A DNA stretch of 64,000 bases, from the IMG/VR virus record IMGVR_UViG_3300044971_004534; one strand, 5' to 3'. The stretch comes from a virus. The notes below the pieces were generated by a model, which was not told the DNA's origin, did not search any database, and saw only the letters and a list, made by a program, of their open reading frames with translations. Positions 1 through 8,748 of the stretch are shown here, one piece after another. The first letter of the stretch is position 1. Every line of letters begins with the position of its first letter. The position numbers and the translations under genes are program-made.

Positions 1-45
1 GAAGCAAAAGATTCTGCCAAAAAATCTCAAGAAGCTCCTAAGTAA
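1..45 (+). CDS. 3' end of an upstream gene (partial; ...EAKDSAKKSQEAPK*)
   Basis: Frame 1 is open from the window edge to TAA at 43-45. Too short to judge. Confidence 0.25.
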   Translation, partial: EAKDSAKKSQEAPK

Positions 46-1260
46 TTATTGTAAATCTTGTAAGTAATATTTTTTGCATTCTTCAGGGATGCAGGATGTA
101 TTATATTCTGTTAGCACCCAATGCCATAATCTTGGCTTTTTGTATTCCGCATAATCTCCGTAACCATCAGTTAATATGATAATTGCGTCATATTTTTTAA
201 TATTTTTATTTACGTAATCACTTATGCACTTAAATGATGTGCCGCCGTACCCAAAAAGATTTTTTGTTTTCTTATCTATTTTATGAACTGTTGTGTCAAA
301 ATTATATAAAAATACATTAAACTTATTTTCTGGGAATGAAGCAGCCGAAGCCATAAAAGCAGCACTCCAGTTAGAGCAAGATCCACTTGTGTCCATAAAA
401 ATATGAACATCTCTTTTTGTTATTGTTTCACACAGCGAATCTGTACTTGGTATAAAATAATCAGCTTGCCAGTCTCTTCTTCTTGGCTGCTCAAACCAAC
501 TCTCTTCCTGTACGTTTTGTGCATCAAATCTTTTTGATATTTTTCTTAACACATTTTGCCAATTTATTTTTCTTGAAGCTTCTTCTTCCTCTGCACTTAG
601 TGCTTTTTCAAGGTTTCCAGGCTCAGTTCCTGGAGCAGAGTATTTGTGCTTCAAATTTTTAATTAATTTCTGCAACTCTTTAGTATCAATGCCGTTTTGT
701 TTAAGCCAGTCGGTTATTCTTTTTAGTTGTTCATCTCCAAGATTGCCGATTTTTTCAAGCCAATCATGGTTTGATCCAGATGTAAACTGGTCCATGTCTA
801 TATCAGAATTGAGTATTTTTTTATAGTAATACTCGAAACATCTTCCAGATTCTAATGATTTATCTATTTTTTCTAGATAAACTGCGTTTTCAAGTACTGG
901 ACAATTTTCTGGATGAAAATCAAATTCATTTTTTAATATTTCATTAACGCATATGTCCATGCATACATTTTCTATCTTTGATACTTTATTATTTTTAGAA
1001 AATCTAGCTCCGTGATTTAATATAACATGCAGAAGTTCATGAGCAACAATAGCTGCCTTTTCTCTTGCAGACAATTTGTCCCAAAAATATGGATTATATG
1101 ATATGTAAAGAGGCTCTCTTGATCTAGTATTAAAATTTACGCAAGCCGTGGGAATAAAGTCACTTTCTACAAAATTAAATGACATTACTAGCTGAGAAAG
1201 TATCTTGCTTTTTTTGGCAAGTACGTTACTTATTTCTTTTTTCTCAAAAGAACCGTTCAT
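46..1260 (-). CDS. VWA-domain protein with N-terminal HExxH metallopeptidase-like domain (DUF2201-type partner of MoxR ATPases)
   Basis: 404-aa ORF. HELLH zinc motif (AIVAHELLHVILNH) in the N-half and a MIDAS-like DxSGS (FMDTSGSCS) in the C-half. Lies immediately downstream of a MoxR-like ATPase gene. Confidence 0.8.
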   Translation of the reverse strand: MNGSFEKKEISNVLAKKSKILSQLVMSFNFVESDFIPTACVNFNTRSREPLYISYNPYFWDKLSAREKAAIVAHELLHVILNHGARFSKNNKVSKIENVCMDICVNEILKNEFDFHPENCPVLENAVYLEKIDKSLESGRCFEYYYKKILNSDIDMDQFTSGSNHDWLEKIGNLGDEQLKRITDWLKQNGIDTKELQKLIKNLKHKYSAPGTEPGNLEKALSAEEEEASRKINWQNVLRKISKRFDAQNVQEESWFEQPRRRDWQADYFIPSTDSLCETITKRDVHIFMDTSGSCSNWSAAFMASAASFPENKFNVFLYNFDTTVHKIDKKTKNLFGYGGTSFKCISDYVNKNIKKYDAIIILTDGYGDYAEYKKPRLWHWVLTEYNTSCIPEECKKYYLQDLQ

Positions 1261-1265
1261 ATAAT

Positions 1266-2879
1266 TTATTTAATGAAGGAATAAATTTGCGCTTTTTCAT
1301 TTAACTTTATGTTATGAGCGCATCCGTGTTTTTCAACCTCAGGTATAATCAAGTGTCTATATATATTCATGTACGGACCTACTTGAACTTCTTCTCCTTT
1401 TATCATCAATCCATAGGATCTTTGTCTAATTGAGTCAATATTGCCATGCGTGCTGTAATTTATCATCTGTGCAGCTTTAGAGCTAATATTTTTCATGGAT
1501 TGGTCTTTTTCAATCATAGCTCGAATACGTCTATTTTTCAATGCGCTTTCAAGTATAGACAACATTTCGTTGGACTCTGAAATTTCTATAGGCTCATTAG
1601 ACTCACTAAAATTTAAGTTTGACCAGTCTGTCCATTTACTCATGGATCTCATGTTTGGATGTCTATTGCACCATTCTTGTACTCTAAAACTTAAGTATTC
1701 ATATCTCTTGCTGCACTGATATTCAAACTCTTTACTAGTCATTTCTTTGTTTGCAACTATCTTATAACCAGGCACGCATATCTTAATAATATTTTCTGCC
1801 CAATTTGACGCCGCCTTGTTATTGTTGATAGCTGATATGTTGGCAAGACAGGATATAATCTTTTTTTGCACATCATCAGGAACTTTTATGTCTTTTGAAA
1901 TTTTATTCAAAGAATTAGATGTATTTTTACTGTCATCGCACAGTTCTTCAATTTTAGACTCAGCCCATGTTCTCATATTTTCGTGTTGCATAAAACACGC
2001 AGCTAGCTGCTCTTCGTTCATTGCGTTTACACATGCTTCAAGAATAATGCCATTGGAAGTTTTGCCAATTGACATCATAATGCTGTCAAAGTTATTTAGT
2101 AAACTTTTAATTTTATTGATATCATTTTTTAGTGCAGCTTGAGCAAGCAAAGTTTTAAGGGTAACTGAATTTATAGAATCCTTAAATTCAGAAATATCTA
2201 TAGAGCTTGGCAGGACATCGGATGGATCTCCTCCGTTGTCCATTACGTCAATTGCGTACTCTACACGCCGAGGTGATATTTTGTCTTTTTCTTTTCTATC
2301 AAGTGATCCATACCATTCTGATATATTGTAAGCTTTTTCAGATCCGTACTTTTTGCTAAAAAAGTCTATGCATATATTATCTTTGATTTTGTATTGTAAA
2401 TGGAATCTGTCCATTTGGGCTGGATCTATCTTTTCAACATCATAAGTGTCCATCGTGTCTTCTGGATTGATTGCTGCCCAAACGCATTGTAGCTTAGGAA
2501 ATTTAATGCCATTAACAGATTTAAATTGTATAAGTTCCATTACTGCATTTCTTACTCTCTTAGGAGATCTGTTAAATTCATCAAAAAATAAAACTTTAAT
2601 TTCTTTTGGATTGATATACTCTGGCTTTACAAGCTTAATAACTGGTTCGCCATTATTTTCATACATTCTTGGGATGCCTAAAAAATCAATCCATGGGTCC
2701 ATGGTGGCTGCGCTAAAAGAAACATACTCTAGTTGCTGCTTTAACTTATTGTTTTCTATTACATTTTGTATAATTGAGGTTTTACCAACGCCGTGTTTTC
2801 CTTCGATAATAACATTGAGGCCGTTTTCGTATGCAAACTGTAGTTTTTTTGAAAGTTCGTATGATTCAATGTGTTTCAT
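1266..2879 (-). CDS. MoxR/AAA_5-like AAA+ ATPase with long C-terminal extension
   Basis: Walker A GKHGVGKTS and Walker B VLFFDEFNRS. Start moved to the MKHIESYEL ATG at 2879 because the longest ORF runs into the divergent neighbour. Confidence 0.8.
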   Translation of the reverse strand: MKHIESYELSKKLQFAYENGLNVIIEGKHGVGKTSIIQNVIENNKLKQQLEYVSFSAATMDPWIDFLGIPRMYENNGEPVIKLVKPEYINPKEIKVLFFDEFNRSPKRVRNAVMELIQFKSVNGIKFPKLQCVWAAINPEDTMDTYDVEKIDPAQMDRFHLQYKIKDNICIDFFSKKYGSEKAYNISEWYGSLDRKEKDKISPRRVEYAIDVMDNGGDPSDVLPSSIDISEFKDSINSVTLKTLLAQAALKNDINKIKSLLNNFDSIMMSIGKTSNGIILEACVNAMNEEQLAACFMQHENMRTWAESKIEELCDDSKNTSNSLNKISKDIKVPDDVQKKIISCLANISAINNNKAASNWAENIIKICVPGYKIVANKEMTSKEFEYQCSKRYEYLSFRVQEWCNRHPNMRSMSKWTDWSNLNFSESNEPIEISESNEMLSILESALKNRRIRAMIEKDQSMKNISSKAAQMINYSTHGNIDSIRQRSYGLMIKGEEVQVGPYMNIYRHLIIPEVEKHGCAHNIKLNEKAQIYSFIK

Positions 2880-2927
2880 AGGTATTTTTTTTCCTTCATA
2901 GTAATAATATCCATACTGGAGAAAGAT

Positions 2928-3518
2928 ATGCCAAATATTTTCAAAATAGAACAATTTAAGAACTTTGATGCCCCTGTTGGTTCTGTGCGAATCATAGGAC
3001 CCGGAGCCTCAAGGTCCATACCGATTAAGCAAACTGGCTACTCCATAAGATTGATGGACCTTTTGCAGGCCATTGCCGCTCAGCTTAAAAATTCTTTTAT
3101 GGAATCTAAAATTCACACTATAGACACCAGTCCAATTGCTGATGCAAAAGTGCTAGGATTGGCGAAGGTTGACATTCAGGGTGGTCCAGATGGGTATGTT
3201 GATAGGGAGTCTGGCAAAATTTATGTTGATGTAGAGAAGATTGTCAATCATGTAATGAATGGAATGTTTCCTCCAAATGTTCAGTTGCCCAATGAGGGGG
3301 CGTCTTTAGATCCTGATTTAAAAAAATCTATAGCTAAAAAAGTATACGAAGCCATTGCTCGCCAGGTCGCAGACACAGTTGCTCACGAGACTCACCATAA
3401 GAAAAGAACTATTTTAGACATAAGAGAAGGCAAGCCCGTTGACTACAACCCAGAAGCTGAGGCTGAATCTGCTGGAAGACAATTTGGGCAAAGCTTTTCT
3501 GCCCCCTCTCAGTTTTGA
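2928..3518 (+). CDS. hypothetical protein with C-terminal HExxH-like motif (AHETHH)
   Basis: ORF 2871..3518. Start placed at MPNIFKIEQ (ATG 2928), preceded by GGAGAAAG. HETHH motif near the C-terminus. Confidence 0.55.
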   Translation: MPNIFKIEQFKNFDAPVGSVRIIGPGASRSIPIKQTGYSIRLMDLLQAIAAQLKNSFMESKIHTIDTSPIADAKVLGLAKVDIQGGPDGYVDRESGKIYVDVEKIVNHVMNGMFPPNVQLPNEGASLDPDLKKSIAKKVYEAIARQVADTVAHETHHKKRTILDIREGKPVDYNPEAEAESAGRQFGQSFSAPSQF

Positions 3519-3546
3519 TATCACTTGGCGATGATGTCGGATATCA

Positions 3547-4101
3547 ATGAGTGTGTCCGAAGAGCACTCAGAAATTTTAAACCAGAAAATTGGTTCTTTC
3601 TCGCAGCATCGTGTTGCGTGTGAGAGGCTGTCTTGGCACAAATACTTTTTTGATCTTTCATATCTTGTTGCTGCTCGGTCTCCAGACGCTCAAACAAGGC
3701 ATGGAGCAGTAATCGTAGATAAAGAAAACAGGATTGTTTCTACTGGCTATAACGGATTCCCAGCCAACGGTCCTGATGAAATTTTGCCCAATGTTCGTCC
3801 AGAGAAGTATCCATACATAGTGCATGCAGAGATGAACGCCCTACTGTCGGCACGGTGCGATGTGCGTGGATACTCTGTGTACATCACTGGAATGCCGTGC
3901 AAAAATTGTCTTCTTCACCTGATTGGTGCTGGGATCTCAAAAATTTTTGCAGGCCATACCAAATTTCAAGAAGACCTTGAATCCATGATCGCAAAGGCTG
4001 TTCTGTGCGAGGTTTACGGTGTAGAAGTATACACCCATGCACAGGGTAGTCACGATAAAATCGTTCCCTGGGACCACAAGAAGTGGATTTCAGGGGCTTG
4101 A
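3547..4101 (+). CDS. dCMP deaminase (ComEB/dCMP_cyt_deam family)
   Basis: HAEMNAL zinc/catalytic motif and PCKNCLLHL second zinc motif. VIVDKENRIVSTGYNG core typical of dCMP deaminases. Confidence 0.85.
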   Translation: MSVSEEHSEILNQKIGSFSQHRVACERLSWHKYFFDLSYLVAARSPDAQTRHGAVIVDKENRIVSTGYNGFPANGPDEILPNVRPEKYPYIVHAEMNALLSARCDVRGYSVYITGMPCKNCLLHLIGAGISKIFAGHTKFQEDLESMIAKAVLCEVYGVEVYTHAQGSHDKIVPWDHKKWISGA

Positions 4102-4153
4102 CAGCATGACAAGTATACAGTATACTGTTGGTCCCCATTCGCAAGGAGGAAAC

Positions 4154-4999
4154 ATGGGTCTTGATAACGATAGGAAGTCGTTTTTGGTTGAAAAAATTAA
4201 GAAAGACATCTCTTTCATCAACACATCTTTGTTGACGACGGATCAGATGGTGGTTAGCTATGGTCGTTTGGTTGATCGTACTGCTAACAACAGCGTCAAT
4301 CATAAGACTATGGGCGTGGAGAATGTCATTTGGTTTACCGAGGAGGAAGAAAAAGAGTTTTTCTCTCTGTATGGTAGTGCTCGTGCTGACTTCATCCACA
4401 ATCAGAATGACATCGACATGGAGAAGATGCTTGAAGATGTCATGCGAATTCGCACTATTTTGATTTATCAGCACATGCCTATGGTGCAGGCATGGGTGCG
4501 CAGGCAGATGTCCAAGCGCTCCAAGAATAGGCACCATCTTACCATTGAAGATAAAAATAGCGAAGGGCTTCGTGTGCTCCTCAACTGCATCGACAGGTTC
4601 GATTGCAGCAAACAGACCAAGTTTTTGGGTTATCTCTTTAGAGCCTTGGACAATCTCGTCTTGAAGGACGTTAGGGACAATAAAAAGAGACAAAAAGACA
4701 TTGAGATGGACCTGGTTGATGTCTCTCATGTCAGAGATAGAGCTAGCGAGCTTTCCCCTGTCCTTGTTGAAGTCAAGGATATTTGGGAAGGATGCAGTGG
4801 CGACAATGGTGCTGCTGCCTTTCTGACTGATTTTGAAAGGTCTATCATCCTCCATGAGTTTGGCGATGATTTTGCCGATTTGGTACAGGATGAAAGGGCC
4901 AAGTCTTTGAATATTAACTTGGCCACCTTTAGAAAGAAGAGAAAGAATGCTATTCAAAAGATCAAAGAGGCAATCTTCTCGCGTCTTAATCTCCACTAG
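4154..4999 (+). CDS. sigma-70 family RNA polymerase sigma factor (divergent, phage-type)
   Basis: Region-2-like EGLRVLLNCIDRFDCSKQTKFLGYLFRALDNLVLKDVR and region-4-like FERSIILHEFGDD...LNINLATFRKKRKNAIQKIKEAI. Start chosen at ATG 4154 behind AAGGAGGA; ATG 4106 is an alternative. Confidence 0.7.
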   Translation: MGLDNDRKSFLVEKIKKDISFINTSLLTTDQMVVSYGRLVDRTANNSVNHKTMGVENVIWFTEEEEKEFFSLYGSARADFIHNQNDIDMEKMLEDVMRIRTILIYQHMPMVQAWVRRQMSKRSKNRHHLTIEDKNSEGLRVLLNCIDRFDCSKQTKFLGYLFRALDNLVLKDVRDNKKRQKDIEMDLVDVSHVRDRASELSPVLVEVKDIWEGCSGDNGAAAFLTDFERSIILHEFGDDFADLVQDERAKSLNINLATFRKKRKNAIQKIKEAIFSRLNLH

Positions 5000-5441
5000 A
5001 GATCAAGACTGCTATCATTTTGCTGGCAGCGATGTTCACGGAATAGGTGTTTTTGCAAAAAAAGACATTCAAAAGGGTGAAAAAATAGGAAAATTTCTTC
5101 ATCTAAGGAAGAAAGACAATTCTGATAAGATCAATAGGTTTGTCAGAGATGAACTTTGCAGGTTCATGAATCACAGTGACGAGCCTAATGTAATTCTTGT
5201 AATCAATGAAAATGGAGGGCTTGATGCTAAAGCCTTGCATAGATTACAAAAAAGTGAAGAACTTTTCATAAATTACAATGATGCTTTTCAGATGTTGATG
5301 GATAAATTTTTCCCTTTTTTCATCGATGTTCCAGTTCTTATTAGGACTAAAGAATTAAAAAATCACGGCGGTAATATCAATAGTCGTGGTCTTTTAGACG
5401 AAATAAAGAGAATCAAAGATGGCGTTTGGAGAAAAGTTTAA
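4947..5441 (+). CDS. SET-domain protein (putative lysine methyltransferase)
   Basis: GIGVFAKKDIQKGEKIG, RFMNHSDEPNV (NHS..PN) and ELFINYND (EL..Y) motifs. The start is uncertain: ATG 4947 overlaps the sigma gene by 53 nt. Confidence 0.7.
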   Translation: MLFKRSKRQSSRVLISTRDQDCYHFAGSDVHGIGVFAKKDIQKGEKIGKFLHLRKKDNSDKINRFVRDELCRFMNHSDEPNVILVINENGGLDAKALHRLQKSEELFINYNDAFQMLMDKFFPFFIDVPVLIRTKELKNHGGNINSRGLLDEIKRIKDGVWRKV

Positions 5442-6678
5442 TTTTAAAGATGTCGTATTTGATGGCAGAATTGACAAGGTAAACAGGAAGATATTTTTTG
5501 TTATATCTCGGATAGGTGGCGGGGAATATGCCTCTGTGGAAATGAGGCTACATCTGCCTGATCGTATTTCCGAAGACTTTGTGCCTTCTAATTTTGATAG
5601 AAATATAACATCAACATCTTATGGTGCAAAAGGTATTTGTTTTCATAGCAATTGTGGAACTATAAAAAGTCCACATTCAGTTGAAAGATTAACTAATTTT
5701 TTCTCTATTTCTTTAACAAATAGCTTTAGAAGTATTAGTAAGTATGAGACCTCAAGAGAAATTTCTCTATCTTCTGGTTTTCATTTGCATAAATTTCCTG
5801 ACAGAATGAGTAAGTGGTTCGGTCTATGGTGTTCTAAAAAGATAAAAGAAAGAATATATGGATTTATAAACCAGGGTTGCTCTTCTTTGTTAGCTTATTC
5901 AAAATTAGATGACCTGGAAAGGCAAAGGTTTTTTATCAGTGCTTTTTCAGCGAGTAACTGGGACAATTTAATGACATCGGATGCCATCAGCATTTTGCAT
6001 CACAGTAAAATGCCGTGCTCTTCTGAATTTAAAGCTGCTTTTGAATTGCCAGTTAGCAGAAAGTGTCTGCTTGACGCTTGCGTCATTGATGGCAAGCTTT
6101 TGTTTAGAAAAATGCTTATTAGTAAAGCTGAAAATTTTTGCATAGCGATAAGCGATAGCAAAGATAGTGGATTGTTCTCTGATGCTTTTCAGTATTATGA
6201 CAACTGGAAGTCTTATTTAGTAATGAGCGATTCTTCTAATGATCTTAATTTGGTTGAAAGGTGCATGCCTTTTATGAGGTATAACTTTTCTTTCTGCTAT
6301 CTAAATAACTTTCAGTACATACACCCAGACTCGAAAATAGAAAGTCATCTAGATTTCAAAACTGCGCTTTCTATCAGTTCTGCTATCGGTGAATTTTATC
6401 TAAGGAGCATGTCTGATATCGATATTTTTGAACTAAGGTGTAAGTTTAAAGACATATATGACCAGTACTTGCTTGACAGAGATGCTACTTTGTGTAAGAT
6501 ACACAAGTCTTACGCAAGTAAGGGCTCACTCTTTACGGGTACAATCTCTGACTTGAGGAAGTCTTTGCCCTCTTACTCGTCCGCTTGGTCAAATTATCTA
6601 GAAGAGGAAATTTTTGTGAAGGATAAACGTAAAGTGTCTAGTAACAATACTTTAGATGAAGAGATGGAACTTTTCTGA
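5419..6678 (+). CDS. hypothetical protein (419 aa)
   Basis: Long uninterrupted ORF in an AT-rich context, co-oriented with its neighbours. No motif recognised. Confidence 0.6.
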   Translation: MAFGEKFNFKDVVFDGRIDKVNRKIFFVISRIGGGEYASVEMRLHLPDRISEDFVPSNFDRNITSTSYGAKGICFHSNCGTIKSPHSVERLTNFFSISLTNSFRSISKYETSREISLSSGFHLHKFPDRMSKWFGLWCSKKIKERIYGFINQGCSSLLAYSKLDDLERQRFFISAFSASNWDNLMTSDAISILHHSKMPCSSEFKAAFELPVSRKCLLDACVIDGKLLFRKMLISKAENFCIAISDSKDSGLFSDAFQYYDNWKSYLVMSDSSNDLNLVERCMPFMRYNFSFCYLNNFQYIHPDSKIESHLDFKTALSISSAIGEFYLRSMSDIDIFELRCKFKDIYDQYLLDRDATLCKIHKSYASKGSLFTGTISDLRKSLPSYSSAWSNYLEEEIFVKDKRKVSSNNTLDEEMELF

Positions 6679-6718
6679 TCTTCTTCCCAAAAAACAACTT
6701 ACAAGCTATCTGAGTCAA

Positions 6719-7609
6719 ATGAAAGTCGCAACATGTCTATCATCATGTTTGGCGGCTTTTGCTGTTTCTATTCAGCCTGCTTGTTCTACACTTGATACTT
6801 GCCACGATGCATGGAGCGGAGATTTTGACGGTCGAAGAACAGCCAATCTGTCCGTTGCCATGCATCGTGGTGAGACGGTATATTTAAAACTGGATATCTA
6901 CTTTGAGGTTATTGTATGTGAAGTAAAGGGCATGGAGAATAAGTTAATCTTGACAAGCATTGATCCTGACAGAATTGACAGAGAGATTGAGTTGCTGCGT
7001 TCTTCTTTTGCTCCGATGCATGTTGATTTTATTTTTAATAGTGTCAATCCAGTTGTTGAAGAGGTATGTGCAAATAGCGTAGACGAAATAGAGTCCGTAT
7101 TGTCTGATAAAATTTCAGAAGTTATGAACAGAGATGGTCAAAAGCAGTGTGACGACAAAGCCTCGCACAATAAAGATGCTTGCAGTATGTTTTTTCAATT
7201 CTCTCTGGGTGAGAACTACGCAGGATTGAGTAAACTGCCATACTGGGAAGATTGTTCTGGAATCAGGATTTGTGGACCCATGCTTCATGACTATCTTTTG
7301 GCACACGAAGTAGGACACTATTTCGGATTGCAGCATACTTTCAGCGTCAATGGAGACAATGTCTCAGACACCCCAGACGGCCCTAGTGATCCAAGAATGA
7401 TTGGCACTCCAAATGATCCTAATCTCCATAATATTATGACATATGCTTCTAATGGAATTGCAAGAAGTTTTACAAGTGGTCAAATGGATTATATGAAAAA
7501 GTGCATGCTCGCTTTTAGATACAAAGAGCTGTACCTGAAGGTGGACAAAAATGCGATCAAAAAGCCTTTGTCTGAAACAGTTAAAGAAATCATTTTTGAT
7601 ATCAAGTAG
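6719..7609 (+). CDS. secreted zinc metalloprotease, M43 (pappalysin/cytophagalysin)-like
   Basis: HEVGHYFGLQHTF extended zincin motif and NIMTY Met-turn. Start at ATG 6719 gives the signal/lipoprotein-like N-terminus MKVATCLSSCLAAFAVSIQPACS. Confidence 0.75.
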   Translation: MKVATCLSSCLAAFAVSIQPACSTLDTCHDAWSGDFDGRRTANLSVAMHRGETVYLKLDIYFEVIVCEVKGMENKLILTSIDPDRIDREIELLRSSFAPMHVDFIFNSVNPVVEEVCANSVDEIESVLSDKISEVMNRDGQKQCDDKASHNKDACSMFFQFSLGENYAGLSKLPYWEDCSGIRICGPMLHDYLLAHEVGHYFGLQHTFSVNGDNVSDTPDGPSDPRMIGTPNDPNLHNIMTYASNGIARSFTSGQMDYMKKCMLAFRYKELYLKVDKNAIKKPLSETVKEIIFDIK

Positions 7610-8294
7610 TTTTGGTTTTTGTCTTATTGATAAATTCCATACATATATCAATTACTGAATTTTGATTTTCTTCGTCCATACGAAATGTTCTTGAAGAGCT
7701 TGAAAATAGGTTGGCATTTTTTGTATCCATAAACATAATAATTTGGTTATTATTTTTTTGAGCAGAAGATACAAGCATTTTGACGTATTCTTGAGATTCA
7801 GTCTCACTTAATCCTCTGCAGCAGTTGTCTATTACAAGACAGCAGTTTTGTATTGTTGAGTCATGAAGGTCTGCAAGTGGGATTGCGGCATTAGTTGCTA
7901 TTTCTCCATAAAAAAATAAATCGTCAACTACGCTATATCTTTCTGCTGGGTAGTATAGGATAGAATTTTTAATAGTTTTTTCTATTGATATTTTTGCTTG
8001 TATGGAAACTTTATTTGTCAACTTAGATGGTATGCCAAAAATTATAGGTTGTAAATCTGAAAAATTTGCCTCTATATTTATGTATCTATCAGTAGCAGAT
8101 TTTAAAATACCATTTTCTCCATGAAACAAATTCATTTGCCATGCATCAGATATAAGTTTTGCAAGATATGTTTTTCCGCAGTTATGATCTCCATATATGA
8201 AAAATTCATTATATGGATTACCATCCTGTTTTGTCAGGTTTATCAGGATATTCTTCCCAGTTTTATTTTTGAATTCAATTTTACTTATCTTCAT
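7602..8294 (-). CDS. P-loop NTPase (DnaA/Hda-like AAA+ core)
   Basis: Walker A YGDHNCGKTYL and Walker-B-like CCLVIDNCC. The arrangement resembles the DnaA/Hda ATPase module. Confidence 0.55.
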   Translation of the reverse strand: MKISKIEFKNKTGKNILINLTKQDGNPYNEFFIYGDHNCGKTYLAKLISDAWQMNLFHGENGILKSATDRYINIEANFSDLQPIIFGIPSKLTNKVSIQAKISIEKTIKNSILYYPAERYSVVDDLFFYGEIATNAAIPLADLHDSTIQNCCLVIDNCCRGLSETESQEYVKMLVSSAQKNNNQIIMFMDTKNANLFSSSSRTFRMDEENQNSVIDICMEFINKTKTKTT

Positions 8295-8670
8295 GGACTA
8301 TGTGATTACTAGGAACTACAACAACCATTTTCTTTAGGCTGTGTGGTTCTTTTGTCGTCACAATTCTTGTCTTAATTTCATCGTTTTGTGGTTTTGAAGA
8401 TACGCCATCAACTAAGTTTCCACAAAAATTCATCTTAACTTTATTTAAGATTTTTTCTTTTTCTTTTTGCTTCTGGAATACTTTTCTTATGTTCGATGGA
8501 AAAATGTTGTGAACTTTTTCATTCTTGTCTTTTATTACAAGTATGTAGCCTTTTGTTGCACTTGGTTTAATTAGTTGAAAAAGTCCGGTGACAAAATCAC
8601 CTATCTCTGTTAAACCAGAGATGTGCTTGTCTTTAAAACCGTTTTCTAAACCTTTAAGGTACCAATTCAT
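8281..8670 (-). CDS. hypothetical protein (N-terminus MNWYLK)
   Basis: 129-aa ORF overlapping the downstream gene by 14 nt (operon-like). Confidence 0.55.
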   Translation of the reverse strand: MNWYLKGLENGFKDKHISGLTEIGDFVTGLFQLIKPSATKGYILVIKDKNEKVHNIFPSNIRKVFQKQKEKEKILNKVKMNFCGNLVDGVSSKPQNDEIKTRIVTTKEPHSLKKMVVVVPSNHIVHEDK

Positions 8671-8748
8671 TATTAATTATTCTTTCTACATTGTGTCAAC
8701 TGATCAATCCCTCATGGATATATATACAAGCTAAAGGGATTTGTTCCT

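Noticed and set aside
3884-4996. A 370-aa minus-strand ORF, the longest ORF in this stretch.
   Set aside because: It lies antisense to the dCMP deaminase end and to the whole sigma-factor gene, both of which carry clear family motifs. It has no motif of its own and an odd composition. I judge it a shadow ORF in a GC-richer region.
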